NCBI GenBank assembly: GCA_965248575.1
Contig: CBDFJQ010000002.1
Location: 2,912,001 to 2,976,000 of the forward strand
DNA from: Planctomycetota bacterium
Lineage (GTDB): Bacteria > Planctomycetota > B15-G4
Reading direction: 5' to 3'
Length of the DNA stretch: 64,000 nt
In this document: in pieces, positions 30,425 through 41,040 of the stretch
Position numbering within the stretch: the stretch's first letter is position 1
Layout: every line of letters starts with the position of its first letter
Notes under the pieces: generated by a model
Told to the model about the DNA's origin: nothing
Database searches by the model: none
Seen by the model: the letters and a program-made list of their open reading frames with translations, nothing else
Program-made: the position numbers and the translations under genes

Positions 30425-32233
30425 GTGTCCTTCCTGCGCCGTCGCCGTGCCGAACAACGCCCCCAGCCACCCGACCCGGTGCTGGTCGCCACGGGCTACC
30501 ACCAACGCACGAAGCACCACCCCCATCGCTTCGCGGCCTCCCTTGGCTACCTCGACTGGGACTCCCAACCGGACCCCTTCCGGCGCTACCACGGTGCGCG
30601 ACTGTGCCCGCTCCCACACCCGGCGTGCGAGCCCGAAGGCGGACGCCAGACCGACGAGCAGTCGCTCGACATGCCGCGTGCCCCGTCGGATCCAGGGTTT
30701 GCCGAGATCCCCTACCGAGACCTCTTTGCCCGCAGCAGCCAGCCGCCCGGCCCCCTGACTGTCGAGAGCATCTCGGACCTGCTCTATCACTCTCTCGCCC
30801 TCTCTGCCTGGAAGTCCGCAGAGGGCAATCACTGGTCGCTGCGCGTGAACCCATCCAGCGGCAACCTGCACCCCACCGAAGCCACCCTGCTGCTCCCGGC
30901 GCTGACGGGCTCCCCAGAATTCGCCCAGCCCGGCGTTTTCCACTATGCCCCCCGGGAGCATGGGCTGGAGCGGCGGGCCGAGCTTGACGCGAGCCTCTGG
31001 AGCGCTCTGCGACGCACCCTGCCCGAGGGCTCCTTCTTCGTGCTGCTGAGCTCCATCCCCTGGCGCGAGAGCTGGAAGTACGGCGAACGCGCTTACCGTT
31101 ACTGCCAACACGATGTGGGCCACGCCCTTGGTGCCCTCCGCTTCGGGGCGGCCCTCCAGGGATGGACGCTGCGCGTGCTGCCGTGCTCTGACAGCTTGCT
31201 GGAGAGTTTGCTGGGAACAAGCGCCCAAGCGCCACAAGCACACCCCCAGGAACCAGAGCTGGCCGAAGTGCTCGCGGTGATCTCCCCGTCCAACGCGCCA
31301 GCGTCCGGCAGCCTGCAGGTCTTCAGCGCTGCCGAGGAGCGACAGTTGATCGCACGCTTCGACACCCTCGACTGGCAAGGCAAGCCGAACCAACTGAGCC
31401 CCGAACACCATCCCTGGGATCTCGTAGACGTGGTGGCGGCGGCATGCCGCAGTTTGGAACCGGCCTCTTCGCTCCCGGCGTCCGCAGAACCCTCGCCTGC
31501 AGCCACCAATCTCCCATGGCTCCAATCGGCTCGTGACGTCACGCCCCCCGCAGCCCGCGCGCTGGTCCGGCGCCGCCGCAGCGCCATGTCCCTGGACGGT
31601 CGCAGCTCCATGCCGCTCCAGGACTTCCAGCGCCTGCTCGCGAGCACGGTGCCGCGGCTCAGCCCGTCCCTGTGGGACGCCTGGCCCTTCGCGCCGGCGG
31701 TGCATCTGGGCCTCTTCGTGCACCGTGTCGAAGGCCTGACGCCCGGTCTGTACGCACTGCTACGAGATGACAGCGCCCTCGACGAGCTCAAGGCTGCCAT
31801 GCACCAGACTTTCAGCTGGGAACACCCGGAGGAGATTTCCGCACAGCTGCCTCTCTACCGTCTGGCGAAGGGAGACCTTCGTCGCCCCGCCGCCAACATG
31901 AGCTGCAACCAGGACATCGCTGGCGACGGCGCCTTCAGCCTGGGGATGCTCGCTGCCTTCGACGCCACCCTGGCCAGTCGCGGGGCCTGTGGATACCGCG
32001 AGCTCTTCTGGGAGACCGGCCTCATCGGTCAGGTGCTCTACCTGGAGGCGGAAGCCGGCAACTTGTCCGGCACGGGCATCGGCTGCTTCTTCGACGATTC
32101 CGTCCACTCCGCCTTCGGGCTCAACGACACACGCTGGCAAAGCCTCTATCACTTCACGGTGGGGGCCGCGGTGCACGACGAGCGCATCAGCGGGCTCCCG
32201 GCCTATCCCGCTCCGGACGCAAACCCGCGCTGA
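30425..32233 (+). CDS. SagB/ThcOx-like double nitroreductase-domain protein
   Basis: [56 protein letters not shown]. Start uncertain. Confidence 0.85.
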   Translation: MSFLRRRRAEQRPQPPDPVLVATGYHQRTKHHPHRFAASLGYLDWDSQPDPFRRYHGARLCPLPHPACEPEGGRQTDEQSLDMPRAPSDPGFAEIPYRDLFARSSQPPGPLTVESISDLLYHSLALSAWKSAEGNHWSLRVNPSSGNLHPTEATLLLPALTGSPEFAQPGVFHYAPREHGLERRAELDASLWSALRRTLPEGSFFVLLSSIPWRESWKYGERAYRYCQHDVGHALGALRFGAALQGWTLRVLPCSDSLLESLLGTSAQAPQAHPQEPELAEVLAVISPSNAPASGSLQVFSAAEERQLIARFDTLDWQGKPNQLSPEHHPWDLVDVVAAACRSLEPASSLPASAEPSPAATNLPWLQSARDVTPPAARALVRRRRSAMSLDGRSSMPLQDFQRLLASTVPRLSPSLWDAWPFAPAVHLGLFVHRVEGLTPGLYALLRDDSALDELKAAMHQTFSWEHPEEISAQLPLYRLAKGDLRRPAANMSCNQDIAGDGAFSLGMLAAFDATLASRGACGYRELFWETGLIGQVLYLEAEAGNLSGTGIGCFFDDSVHSAFGLNDTRWQSLYHFTVGAAVHDERISGLPAYPAPDANPR

Positions 32234-33504
32234 GAACGTCGCGCCCAGAACACCCAGGCGCTTCCCATCACCACCAGGACCGAGCAGAGGCTCCACACAG
32301 CCGTCTCGATGGACAGGGTCTCGTCGTAGAGGAAGCCCGCCGCGAGACCACCCATTGCGAACGACAACGTCATCCCCAGGAACTCCAGCGCATACACCCG
32401 CCCTCGGAACTCGTTCTGGACGTGGCGCTGCCACCACGCCGTCGACGCCACCCAGATGGTGCTGCCGCCCATGTGCGCCACGCAAACCCAGAGGCACGCC
32501 ATGATCAGGGAGGGCGTGTTCGCAAAGAGCGCGTAGCCAGCGATGGCGATGGCGAAGCCCCATGCGATCTGTCGTCGTAGATCCCCGTCCCGGCTCCCGA
32601 ACACCCGCCGGGCCACGAAGGGGCCCAAGCCGGTGCCCAGGCCGCGGGCAGCGAACAACATGCCGGTGGCGAAGCCGGTCGCCGCCACGCTGGCCTCCAC
32701 GACCCCGCCCTCGCTGCCGTCCAGGGAACTCACGGCGCCAAAGCGTTCGCGACCGACGACGGACAACATGACGAGGAAGCCGCCGGCCGGCCACCAGAAG
32801 CTCTTGGTCAAGAGCACCGGTGTCAGCCCCAGCGAGCGCACGTGCGAGAAGCCCCTGCGCAGATCCCTCAGGGTCAGGATGTCCATCCAGCGAAACGGCT
32901 GCGGGTGCCGTGACACCGGCGAGAGCTTCAGCCCCCACAGGAGCAGCGCGCTCACCACATAGGTGGCGGCGTCGGCCACGAAGACTCCGCCCACCCCCAG
33001 GCGCTCCACCAGAAGCGCGCCGGCGAAGGCCCCCACGGTCAACATGGCGCTCCAGGTTGCGGCTGACAGGGTCAGCGCTTCGTGCAGGTCCTCCTTGGTC
33101 ACCGTGTCGGGCAAGGCGCCGGAGCGTGCCGCGTCGAAGAAGATGGCGACCCCCATCTGCAGCGCCAGCAGGGTGTAGAGCAAGCCCAGGTCCCCGGCAT
33201 CCTCCACGAGCAGGAAGCCGAGCACCACAAGTGCACGTAGGATGTCGGCGCAGACCATCAGCAGGCGCCGCGGCACACGGTCGGCGATGGGGCCCGCAAG
33301 GGGGCCGGCCACGGCCGTCGGCGTGAGGCGCACTGCCAGTTCCACTCCGAACAGGAGGCCCACCCCGGCGACGGCCTCGGGCCCGCTGATGCGACCGATC
33401 AACGTCAACACAGCCACCCGGTTGAGCCAGTCGCCTGCGCCGCTCACCACCTGGGCTGCCCACAGCGTGCGGAATCGCGGGTTGCGAACAACGACGCCCA
33501 GCAT
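32203..33504 (-). CDS. MFS transporter (DHA3-like)
   Basis: FRTLWAAQVVSGAGDW, GPIADRVPRRLLMVCAD, FRGRV; about 12 TM. 3' end overlaps the convergent gene by 31 nt. Confidence 0.88.
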   Translation of the reverse strand: MLGVVVRNPRFRTLWAAQVVSGAGDWLNRVAVLTLIGRISGPEAVAGVGLLFGVELAVRLTPTAVAGPLAGPIADRVPRRLLMVCADILRALVVLGFLLVEDAGDLGLLYTLLALQMGVAIFFDAARSGALPDTVTKEDLHEALTLSAATWSAMLTVGAFAGALLVERLGVGGVFVADAATYVVSALLLWGLKLSPVSRHPQPFRWMDILTLRDLRRGFSHVRSLGLTPVLLTKSFWWPAGGFLVMLSVVGRERFGAVSSLDGSEGGVVEASVAATGFATGMLFAARGLGTGLGPFVARRVFGSRDGDLRRQIAWGFAIAIAGYALFANTPSLIMACLWVCVAHMGGSTIWVASTAWWQRHVQNEFRGRVYALEFLGMTLSFAMGGLAAGFLYDETLSIETAVWSLCSVLVVMGSAWVFWARRSQRGFASGAG

Positions 33505-33635
33505 CAGCGCAAGCTCTTCAGATCGGGTTGGGCGAAGGGGACGGCCGTCACGGTCCTGGCGGCGCGCGAGGATAGCGCATCTTCCTCATGCTTGAGCCCG
33601 TGCTCGCTTTGGCGCGACGCGCCGCGCGCTGCTCG

Positions 33636-35153
33636 TCAAGGATCCCTGGAGCCGGCCATGGCGGCCAGGACCCGTTCGGGCGTGGCTTCGCTACGGTCCC
33701 AGAGACCGCACAGCCGCCCGTCGCGCAGCACACCGACGCGGGTCGACAGGCCCAGCACCTCGGGCAGCTCGGAAGAGACCAACAACACAGCAACGCCCGC
33801 GCACGCCAGCTCGTCCAACAGCTCGTGCAGGGCTGCCTTGGCGCCCACATCCACCCCTCGCGTGGGTTCGTCCACCATCAAGACCTTGAGGTCACGATCG
33901 AGCCAGCGCGACAACACCACCTTCTGCTGATTGCCTCCGCTCAGATCGCCCACAGGGGCGGCAAGGGATGACGCCTTGAGGTGCACGGCGTCCAGTGCGC
34001 GCGCCGCATGCTCCCGCTCAGCACGGCCGTCCAGGAACAGCCCCCGGCGGTGGCGGTCCGTCGCACCCAGGGACTGGTTCGGCACGATGCCCATGCCCAG
34101 CACCAAGCCCTGCCGCTTGCGGTCTTCCGGCACGAGGCCAAGCCCCGCGCGCATGGAGGCCTGCACGTCGGCGAGAGGCAGGGGAGTCCCCCCGATCAGG
34201 ACCTGACCCCGCACGTCGGCATCCAAGCCGAACAGGGCCTCGAGCAGTGCGCTGCGCCCGGCTCCGACGAGTCCAGCCAAGCCCAACACCTCACCGGACC
34301 GCAGATCGAAGCTCACGTCCTGGAAACCCGCGGGCGACGAGAGCCCGCACACCTCAAGCAGCACCTCGCCCGGCGCTCGCTCGCAGTGCTTCGGCACGAA
34401 GGCCTTCACATCCCTTCCCAGCATGAGCCTCACGAGCGAGCCCTCGTCCGCTTCGTCCCGGTCCAGGCTCCCCAACAGCTGACCATCGCGCAGCACATGG
34501 ATGCGGTCGCAGAGACGCAGGACTTCCGGCATTCGATGGCTGACGTAGATCATCGTCACGCCCTCCGATCGCAGTCGCTCCATCAAGGCGAACAGTTGCT
34601 CCGCCTCCGCGTCCGAAAGCGAACTCGTCGGCTCATCGAAGAGCAGCACACGTGCACCCGTCCCCACCGCCGCCGCGATCTGGACCAGCTGCTCCTGAGC
34701 CGTGGACAGCTCGCCCATGGCCTGGCCGACATCCATCTCGACGCCGATGGCGGCCAGCTTCTCACGCGCCCGCCGCGCAAGGGCCGGGCGGTCGACAAGG
34801 CGCCCACCCCACCAGGCCTTGCGGCGCGGCATATCGCCGAGAGACAGGTTCTCGGCGACTGAAAGGTCGGGGCAGAACGCCAACTCCTGGTGCACCATCG
34901 CCACGCCGCGCGCCGCTGCATCCGCTGGCGAGCGAAGCGTGCAGGCCTCACCGTCAATCAGCACGCGACCCTGGTCGGGCTGGTGGATCCCCGCGAGGAT
35001 CTTGCCCAGGGTGGACTTGCCCGCGCCGTTCTCGCCCATCAGCGCGTGACAGGCGCCGCGCGGCACTTCCAGGCTCACGCCGCTCAAGGCCGCGATGCCG
35101 CCAAAGTGTTTGCAGAGACCTTCGACACGGATCATGGGGGCCTCGGAGCTCAC
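33636..35153 (-). CDS. Sugar ABC transporter ATP-binding protein (RbsA/MglA type)
   Basis: GENGAGKST, DEPTSSL, VPEDRK, LSGGNQQKV, DEPTRGVDVGAK. Confidence 0.95.
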   Translation of the reverse strand: MSSEAPMIRVEGLCKHFGGIAALSGVSLEVPRGACHALMGENGAGKSTLGKILAGIHQPDQGRVLIDGEACTLRSPADAAARGVAMVHQELAFCPDLSVAENLSLGDMPRRKAWWGGRLVDRPALARRAREKLAAIGVEMDVGQAMGELSTAQEQLVQIAAAVGTGARVLLFDEPTSSLSDAEAEQLFALMERLRSEGVTMIYVSHRMPEVLRLCDRIHVLRDGQLLGSLDRDEADEGSLVRLMLGRDVKAFVPKHCERAPGEVLLEVCGLSSPAGFQDVSFDLRSGEVLGLAGLVGAGRSALLEALFGLDADVRGQVLIGGTPLPLADVQASMRAGLGLVPEDRKRQGLVLGMGIVPNQSLGATDRHRRGLFLDGRAEREHAARALDAVHLKASSLAAPVGDLSGGNQQKVVLSRWLDRDLKVLMVDEPTRGVDVGAKAALHELLDELACAGVAVLLVSSELPEVLGLSTRVGVLRDGRLCGLWDRSEATPERVLAAMAGSRDP

Positions 35154-35163
35154 GGGTGCGCGC

Positions 35164-36195
35164 TCAGCCCTCGGACAGCCAGTCGTTCCACTGGGCATTC
35201 ACCTCATCGACATCCTCTGCATGGATCGGCTTGAGCGGGTCGACCACGCGCGTGGCTCCGGGCAGACGGCCATCGACGATGCGATCCAGCAGGAGTTCGA
35301 CAGATCGATAGCCCCAGGCAAAACAGTCCTGGGCGAGCAGCACTTCCACATGTCCGCTTTCCAGGTAGCGCAGCTGCGGTTGCAGCGCATCCACGGAGAC
35401 CACCTTCACGCTACCGGGTGGCCAACGCAGGGCGCCTGCCGTGAACAACGGCCAGCCCCCCACGAACGCCCAACCACCGATCTCCGGATGGGTGCTCTGG
35501 GCCCGCGCCACGGTTTCCGCCGCAATCTCGGGCACCTCGTCGTGGAAGAACACACCATCGTCGAGCAACTTCAGGTCGGGATACCTGGCCAGCTGCTGGG
35601 TGACACCCGCAACCCGCGCCTGGAGGTTTGCGGCGGCTTGGTTGCCAGCCAAGATGGCGATGGTGCCCTTGCCGCCCATGGCTGCTGCCAGCTCATCCAG
35701 CACCTGCTCGCCGCACGAGGTGTCGTCCGTGCCGAAAAAGGCGAAGCGCTTGCTCTTCGGCGCATCCGAATCGAAGCACACCACGTGAGCGCCCAGGTCC
35801 ACGGCCCGGTTGATGGCGGGCGTCAGGGTCTCGGCGTGGCTACAGGACACGGCGATGCCTGCCGCACCGCTGCGCGCCAACTGTTCGACGGCGGCGGCCT
35901 GGGCAGCTGCATCCTCATCTGGCGGCGTCTGCCAATCGATGATCACCTCGAGACCTCGAGCGGCGCCCAGTTCCTTGGCCGCCGCCTCAGCCCCCAAGCG
36001 CGCCGCCTGGAAGACAGCGTTTCCCTGGCTCTTGCCCACGATGCCGATGCGGAGCGCCCCGCCATCCGTTCCACCCTCTGGGGCCTGCTCTGAGCACGCG
36101 AGGAGGGCTGGTAGCACCAGCAGCGCCCAGACAAGGGACTGAAGCACGGCTCCCCAGCGGCGGGGCTTCGGGGACGTGGACGGGCAGACGACCAT
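35164..36195 (-). CDS. Sugar ABC transporter substrate-binding lipoprotein (RbsB-like)
   Basis: LLAC lipobox, GKSQGNAVF, FDSDAP, GTDD, NLQARVAG. Confidence 0.88.
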   Translation of the reverse strand: MVVCPSTSPKPRRWGAVLQSLVWALLVLPALLACSEQAPEGGTDGGALRIGIVGKSQGNAVFQAARLGAEAAAKELGAARGLEVIIDWQTPPDEDAAAQAAAVEQLARSGAAGIAVSCSHAETLTPAINRAVDLGAHVVCFDSDAPKSKRFAFFGTDDTSCGEQVLDELAAAMGGKGTIAILAGNQAAANLQARVAGVTQQLARYPDLKLLDDGVFFHDEVPEIAAETVARAQSTHPEIGGWAFVGGWPLFTAGALRWPPGSVKVVSVDALQPQLRYLESGHVEVLLAQDCFAWGYRSVELLLDRIVDGRLPGATRVVDPLKPIHAEDVDEVNAQWNDWLSEG

Positions 36196-36290
36196 GGGCA
36201 AGCTCCTTGGCAAGACAGGCTGCGGCGCGGAACCCGGCCCGCGTGCGCGCCGCCATCATGCGCCACATTCGCCCCCCTCGCGAGGGCTGA

Positions 36291-37406
36291 TCAGCGTCGC
36301 GGGCGTCGCGGGCCTCGCGCCCGGACGTGCTCGCTGAATCGATCCACCGCCACGGCCGCCACGATCGCCAGGCCGATGATGATCTTGCTGTACTCCTTGC
36401 TGACGGTCAGGGTGAACAGCCCCAGGTCGACGCTGCGCAGGATATCGATGCCGTTCTCGATGAGCTTGATCACCAAGGCGCCGAGCATGGCTCCCAGCGC
36501 CGTCCCCCTACCGCCCACCAGGCTCGCCCCACCCACGACCGCCGCAGCGATCACCGTCAACTCGTAGCCCTGTCCGGTCGCCGTGTTCGCCGACTGATAG
36601 AAGCCAGCGGACACCATGCCCGCCAAGCCTGCGGACATGCCGGCCAAGGCGTAGATGCGCAACTTGATGCGCCCCGTGCGCAAGCCGGCAAAGCGCGCGG
36701 CTTCTTCATTGCCGCCGACGGCATAGATCTCGCGGCCGCCCACCGTGTGGCTCAGGTAGACCCAGGTGACGACGACAGCCAGGGCCATGAGCACCATGGG
36801 GACGGGCTGGACGAAGGTCCCACCTACATCCATTCGCCAACCCACGAAGCCCTCCGTGAACGACGCGGGCAGTTCCTTTCCGAGAGACGGCAAGGTCTTC
36901 GTCTTCACCGCCACGAGGCCGATGCCGCGGAAGATGCTCATCGTCCCCAAGGTCACGATGAAGGGGTGCATGCGCAGGCCCACGATGAGCGCCCCGTTCA
37001 TGAGTCCGCACGCCAGGCCGATCCCCATGGCCACGACGGCCGCCGTTGGCAAGGCGACCCAGGCCGAAGCGTCCGCCGGAAACTCCTGCAGCACCGCCGC
37101 GGTGCCCAGGGCCGAGAGGCCGAAGATGGAACCCACGGAGATATCGATGCCGCCCGAGATGATCACCAGGGTCGCGCCAAGCGCCATGATGGCCATCCAC
37201 GACATGGTGGTCGCCACATTGGGCACCAGGTTGTCGAGGCGCAGGAAGTTGTTCGCGGTGCGCCCACCTACGGTCACGGGGTCGGAGGCGAGGCTCAGGA
37301 CGAGCCCCATGGCCAGGATGACCAGCAGCAGCCCGGCCTCCGCCAGACGCGGACGCCTGCCCGGAGCGGCGTGCTGAGGCGATCCCGGAGAAGACGAGGG
37401 CGGCAT
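36291..37406 (-). CDS. Sugar ABC transporter permease (RbsC-like)
   Basis: GGIDISVGS, PFIVTLG, YAVGGNEEAARFAG, YELTVIAAAVVGG. Confidence 0.93.
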   Translation of the reverse strand: MPPSSSPGSPQHAAPGRRPRLAEAGLLLVILAMGLVLSLASDPVTVGGRTANNFLRLDNLVPNVATTMSWMAIMALGATLVIISGGIDISVGSIFGLSALGTAAVLQEFPADASAWVALPTAAVVAMGIGLACGLMNGALIVGLRMHPFIVTLGTMSIFRGIGLVAVKTKTLPSLGKELPASFTEGFVGWRMDVGGTFVQPVPMVLMALAVVVTWVYLSHTVGGREIYAVGGNEEAARFAGLRTGRIKLRIYALAGMSAGLAGMVSAGFYQSANTATGQGYELTVIAAAVVGGASLVGGRGTALGAMLGALVIKLIENGIDILRSVDLGLFTLTVSKEYSKIIIGLAIVAAVAVDRFSEHVRARGPRRPRR

Positions 37407-37556
37407 GGACTCACCACACCGCAGTCCTGGCCTCCAGTCAACGAGAGTCTGTGGCGCCGACCCCGGAGGGCCAGCTCCAGCGCAACCGCAGCCCACTGAG
37501 TATCCTCTTTCGCTTCCTTGCCCCCTCGCTTGCCCCCCTCGCACCGGAGGACGGCC

Positions 37557-39938
37557 ATGCCTGTCTCATCGATGCCCCTCGCGCTGTTCATGGCGCTGTG
37601 CTGTGCGGTCCCCTGCGCCGACGCCGCGCCCGTGCCCGATGACGAGGTCCACCCCACCCTGCACGAGATCTTCCAGCCACCGCGCCTGCTAGGCAGCCGC
37701 CCCACGACGCTCGGCATGTCGGCGGACGGTCTGTGGATCACCTATCAATGGGCCGGTGAGGACGCAGGTGAGGACGCGGGTGAGAACACGAAGGACCCCG
37801 AGCGCGACCTCTACCTTGCGTCCACCGATGGAACGGCTTCGGAGGTTTTCGCTGAACACGATCAGGGCGTGAAGGTGCTCTGGACGCACTCGGGCTCGCT
37901 TCTGCTGCGGGAGAAGGACGGGTGGATCGACAGCATCGACATCGCCGGCGATCGCATTCCCCTGCCCTTGTTCGAGGGAGCTTCCCTGCGAGAGGTGCAG
38001 CTGCTCGAAGACGAACGGACCGCCGTTCTCTCCGCAGGTGACGAGCACCAGATCTGGGTTCTCGACCTCCTGACCGGAGCACGCCATGCACCCGCTGCCT
38101 CCCTGAAGAACCGCTCCCGCTGGTACCAGGTTCTGGAGGACAGGAAGACGCTGGCGCTCTTCGCTGCGCCGTCGTCTGCGGTCGAACCCGTCGAAGAAGG
38201 GGAGGAGGAAGCCCCGCGTGTGCTGTGGCTTCTCACCTATGGCGGCGACGCCCCCGGTGTCCAGGAAACGGAGGTCCAGGAGGTCGGCAACGCACGCCTG
38301 TCAGCAGACGGCGAGTGGCTCAGCACCTACACACGCGAGTCCACCATCGAGCGTGAGTTGGTCATGGCCGACTACCTCAGCGAACAGGTCAGCGTGGTTC
38401 CCGTGCGCAGTTCGTTGGCGGGTGATGACACCAGCTTGCTCGATGTGCGTCTCTTCGAGACGTCGTCGAACACCGAACACCCGCTTCCCTTCGATGCCCA
38501 GGACCGCTTCCACCTGCTCTCCCACAGCTGGTCTCCCACAGCGCCGCTGCTGCTCGTGGACCGCCTGAGCAACGACTACCACGTGCGTCAGGTCATGGTT
38601 GTCGACGCCCGCACCCAGGCCATGACGGTCCTGCTTTCCGAGCGGGATGACGCCTGGATCGGCGGCCCCACGACCCGAGCAGCCTGGACCAAGGACGGCG
38701 AACAAGTGGTCTTCACGTCCGAGCGCAGTGGCTTCAACCATCTCTACCGGGTGCAACCCAACGGAGAGGGGGAGGTCGCCCTGACGAGCGGCGAGTACGA
38801 GGTCCAGAGCGTCGACATCCTCGACAAGCACGGACGCGCGCTGCTGGTGAGCAATGCTGCCAGCGACCTGGGTGTCCGGCAACTGCGCCTGCTCGACCTG
38901 GGCACGGGGGAACAGGCCGTCCTCACGGGGCTGGATGGCTGCGCGGCGAGCTCCCGTACGTGGGGCGATTCGCCTGATCGGCCGCGCGTGAGCAGGGACG
39001 GTTCACGGCTTGTCTACATGTGGGAGACCCTTGGCCAGCCCGGGGACCTGCGCTCCCAGCCCGTGGCCCCGGGCCTGCCTGCGGGGATCGCGACGAGCGA
39101 GGCGCCGACGCGCTTGACGCACTTCGTTCCAAAGGCGCTCGACGCCCTCGAACTCGTCCAACCGGACATCATTGAATACGCCAACCCGGACGACGGGAGC
39201 ATCGTCCGCTCGTTCCTCTATCTGCCCGAGCCCTACGACCCCATCCAGCGTTACCCCCTGGTCGTCTTCGTGCACGGCGCTGGCTACCTGCAGAACGTCA
39301 CGCGCTCGCGCACGTCCTACGAGGTCGACAAACTGTTCCATCACCGTCTGGCCCGCAAGGGCTACGTGGTGCTGGCCCCCGACTTCCGGCACAGCGCTGG
39401 CTACGGCCGGGATTTCAGGGCCGATGTCTACGGATACATGGGCGGAAAGGACACGGACGATGTGGTGGCTGGCATCAAGCATTTGGAGCAGCTGGGGCTC
39501 ATCGATCCGAGCCGGGTGGGCGTCTACGGCGGGTCCTATGGCGGCTTCCTGGCGCTCATGTGCCTCTCACGCTATCCCGAGATGTTCAGTTGCGCTGCGG
39601 CCCTGCGCTCCGTCACGGACTGGCGCACCTATCACGCGGGCTACACCAACCCGCGGCTCGGGCATCCCGAGCGGGACGCTGAGAACTACGAACGCAGCAG
39701 CCCCATCGACCTGGTCGAAGCCGTGCAAGACCCAGTGCTGATGCTGCACGGTCTCATCGACGACAATGTCTTCGCCCAAGACACCATCCGCTACATCGAG
39801 CGGCTGATCGAACTGGGCAAACCCTTCGATGCCATGCTCTACCCCAGCCAGGCGCATGGCTTCACGGACCCCGCCAGCTGGATCGATGAGTACGGTCGCA
39901 TCGAAGCCTACATGGACCGCTACCTCAAGGACGACTGA
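37557..39938 (+). CDS. S9 (DPP IV-like) prolyl oligopeptidase family peptidase, exported
   Basis: Signal peptide, SERSGFNHLY, VFVHGAG, GGSYGG, HGLIDDNV, HGF catalytic triad. GGAGG RBS. Confidence 0.92.
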   Translation: MPVSSMPLALFMALCCAVPCADAAPVPDDEVHPTLHEIFQPPRLLGSRPTTLGMSADGLWITYQWAGEDAGEDAGENTKDPERDLYLASTDGTASEVFAEHDQGVKVLWTHSGSLLLREKDGWIDSIDIAGDRIPLPLFEGASLREVQLLEDERTAVLSAGDEHQIWVLDLLTGARHAPAASLKNRSRWYQVLEDRKTLALFAAPSSAVEPVEEGEEEAPRVLWLLTYGGDAPGVQETEVQEVGNARLSADGEWLSTYTRESTIERELVMADYLSEQVSVVPVRSSLAGDDTSLLDVRLFETSSNTEHPLPFDAQDRFHLLSHSWSPTAPLLLVDRLSNDYHVRQVMVVDARTQAMTVLLSERDDAWIGGPTTRAAWTKDGEQVVFTSERSGFNHLYRVQPNGEGEVALTSGEYEVQSVDILDKHGRALLVSNAASDLGVRQLRLLDLGTGEQAVLTGLDGCAASSRTWGDSPDRPRVSRDGSRLVYMWETLGQPGDLRSQPVAPGLPAGIATSEAPTRLTHFVPKALDALELVQPDIIEYANPDDGSIVRSFLYLPEPYDPIQRYPLVVFVHGAGYLQNVTRSRTSYEVDKLFHHRLARKGYVVLAPDFRHSAGYGRDFRADVYGYMGGKDTDDVVAGIKHLEQLGLIDPSRVGVYGGSYGGFLALMCLSRYPEMFSCAAALRSVTDWRTYHAGYTNPRLGHPERDAENYERSSPIDLVEAVQDPVLMLHGLIDDNVFAQDTIRYIERLIELGKPFDAMLYPSQAHGFTDPASWIDEYGRIEAYMDRYLKDD

Positions 39939-39985
39939 CGGGGGCAAGGCCTGCCGCCCACCAGCACGGTGCTCGCGTCTGCCCC

Positions 39986-41032
39986 TCAATCCAACAACTC
40001 ACGCAGGCGCCGCTTGTTGGCCTCCGGCGTGAAAGCTGCCTCGACGGCGTTGCGCGACAACCCACGCAGTGCGTCCAGGTCGTAGCCCCAGGTGCGTGAG
40101 GCAGCCTCGAACTCCGCACTCAAGTTCGTGACGCACACGGCGGGGTCGTCGGTGTTCAAGGTGACGAGGCAACCCGCCTGGCGCAGGGCCTCGAAGGGAT
40201 GTTGTGCCAGCGACTGCACGAGCCCCGTGGCGAGGTTGCTGGTCAGGCAGCACTCAAGGGGGATGGCGTGCTCTCGCACATGCTCAACGAGCGCCGGGTC
40301 TTCGGCCAGGCGGACCCCGTGCCCGAGGCGTTGCGCGCCGAGCACGAAGAGCGCCTCGCGCAGAGACGGCGGGCCCTCCGCCTCACCCGCATGGATGGTG
40401 ACGGCCAGGCCGCCCTCCCGGGCACGCCGCAGGGCCGGAGCCAGGGCGGCTCCCGCAATGTGCTCGGGTCCGGCCAGATCGACAGCAACGACTCCCTGCT
40501 CCCGGTATGCGAGAGCCAGGTCGATCAGCTTTTCGTTCTGCTCACGCTGCAGGCTTCGATAGCAGCAGATGATGGCGCCCCAGCTCGGTACCTGGCTGCC
40601 TGCGGCCGACGCCGATTCCAGCGCAGCCACCCCCGCCCGGAGCCCGGCCAGGATTTCCTCCAGCACCAGCTCCGGCCCATGTCCGGGGCGTGCCTGCAGT
40701 GCCGGACAGAAGCGCACCTCAACGTGCACCACTCCGTCAGCAGCGACATCCTCGATCAACTCACGAGCCAGGCGCTCCATGGCCCCGGGGCTCTCTAGCA
40801 CCGGGTAGAAGCTCTCGAAGGTGAGCAGGAACTCCCGCAGGCTGCGACAGCTGGGTGAGACCTGGACATGCCGAGCCAACCCCTCGACGGTCTCTGCGGG
40901 CAGGGCAATGCCGGCCTCCCGGCCCAGCTCCAGCAAGGTCCCGGTGCGCGCCGCCCCATCCAAGTGACAGTGGAGGTCAAGCTTTGGCAGGGCGCGAACA
41001 ACGTCGATCGGCACGCCTGTCGCTTCGACCAT
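39986..41032 (-). CDS. add: Adenosine deaminase family protein
   Basis: LPKLDLHCHLDG, DLAGPE, HAGE, RLGHG, LNTDD. Confidence 0.88.
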   Translation of the reverse strand: MVEATGVPIDVVRALPKLDLHCHLDGAARTGTLLELGREAGIALPAETVEGLARHVQVSPSCRSLREFLLTFESFYPVLESPGAMERLARELIEDVAADGVVHVEVRFCPALQARPGHGPELVLEEILAGLRAGVAALESASAAGSQVPSWGAIICCYRSLQREQNEKLIDLALAYREQGVVAVDLAGPEHIAGAALAPALRRAREGGLAVTIHAGEAEGPPSLREALFVLGAQRLGHGVRLAEDPALVEHVREHAIPLECCLTSNLATGLVQSLAQHPFEALRQAGCLVTLNTDDPAVCVTNLSAEFEAASRTWGYDLDALRGLSRNAVEAAFTPEANKRRLRELLD

Positions 41033-41040
41033 CGGCGCCG

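Noticed and set aside
30425..32233. Thiazole/oxazole RiPP cluster
   Set aside because: No YcaO, no E1-like protein and no Cys/Ser/Thr-rich precursor peptide nearby.
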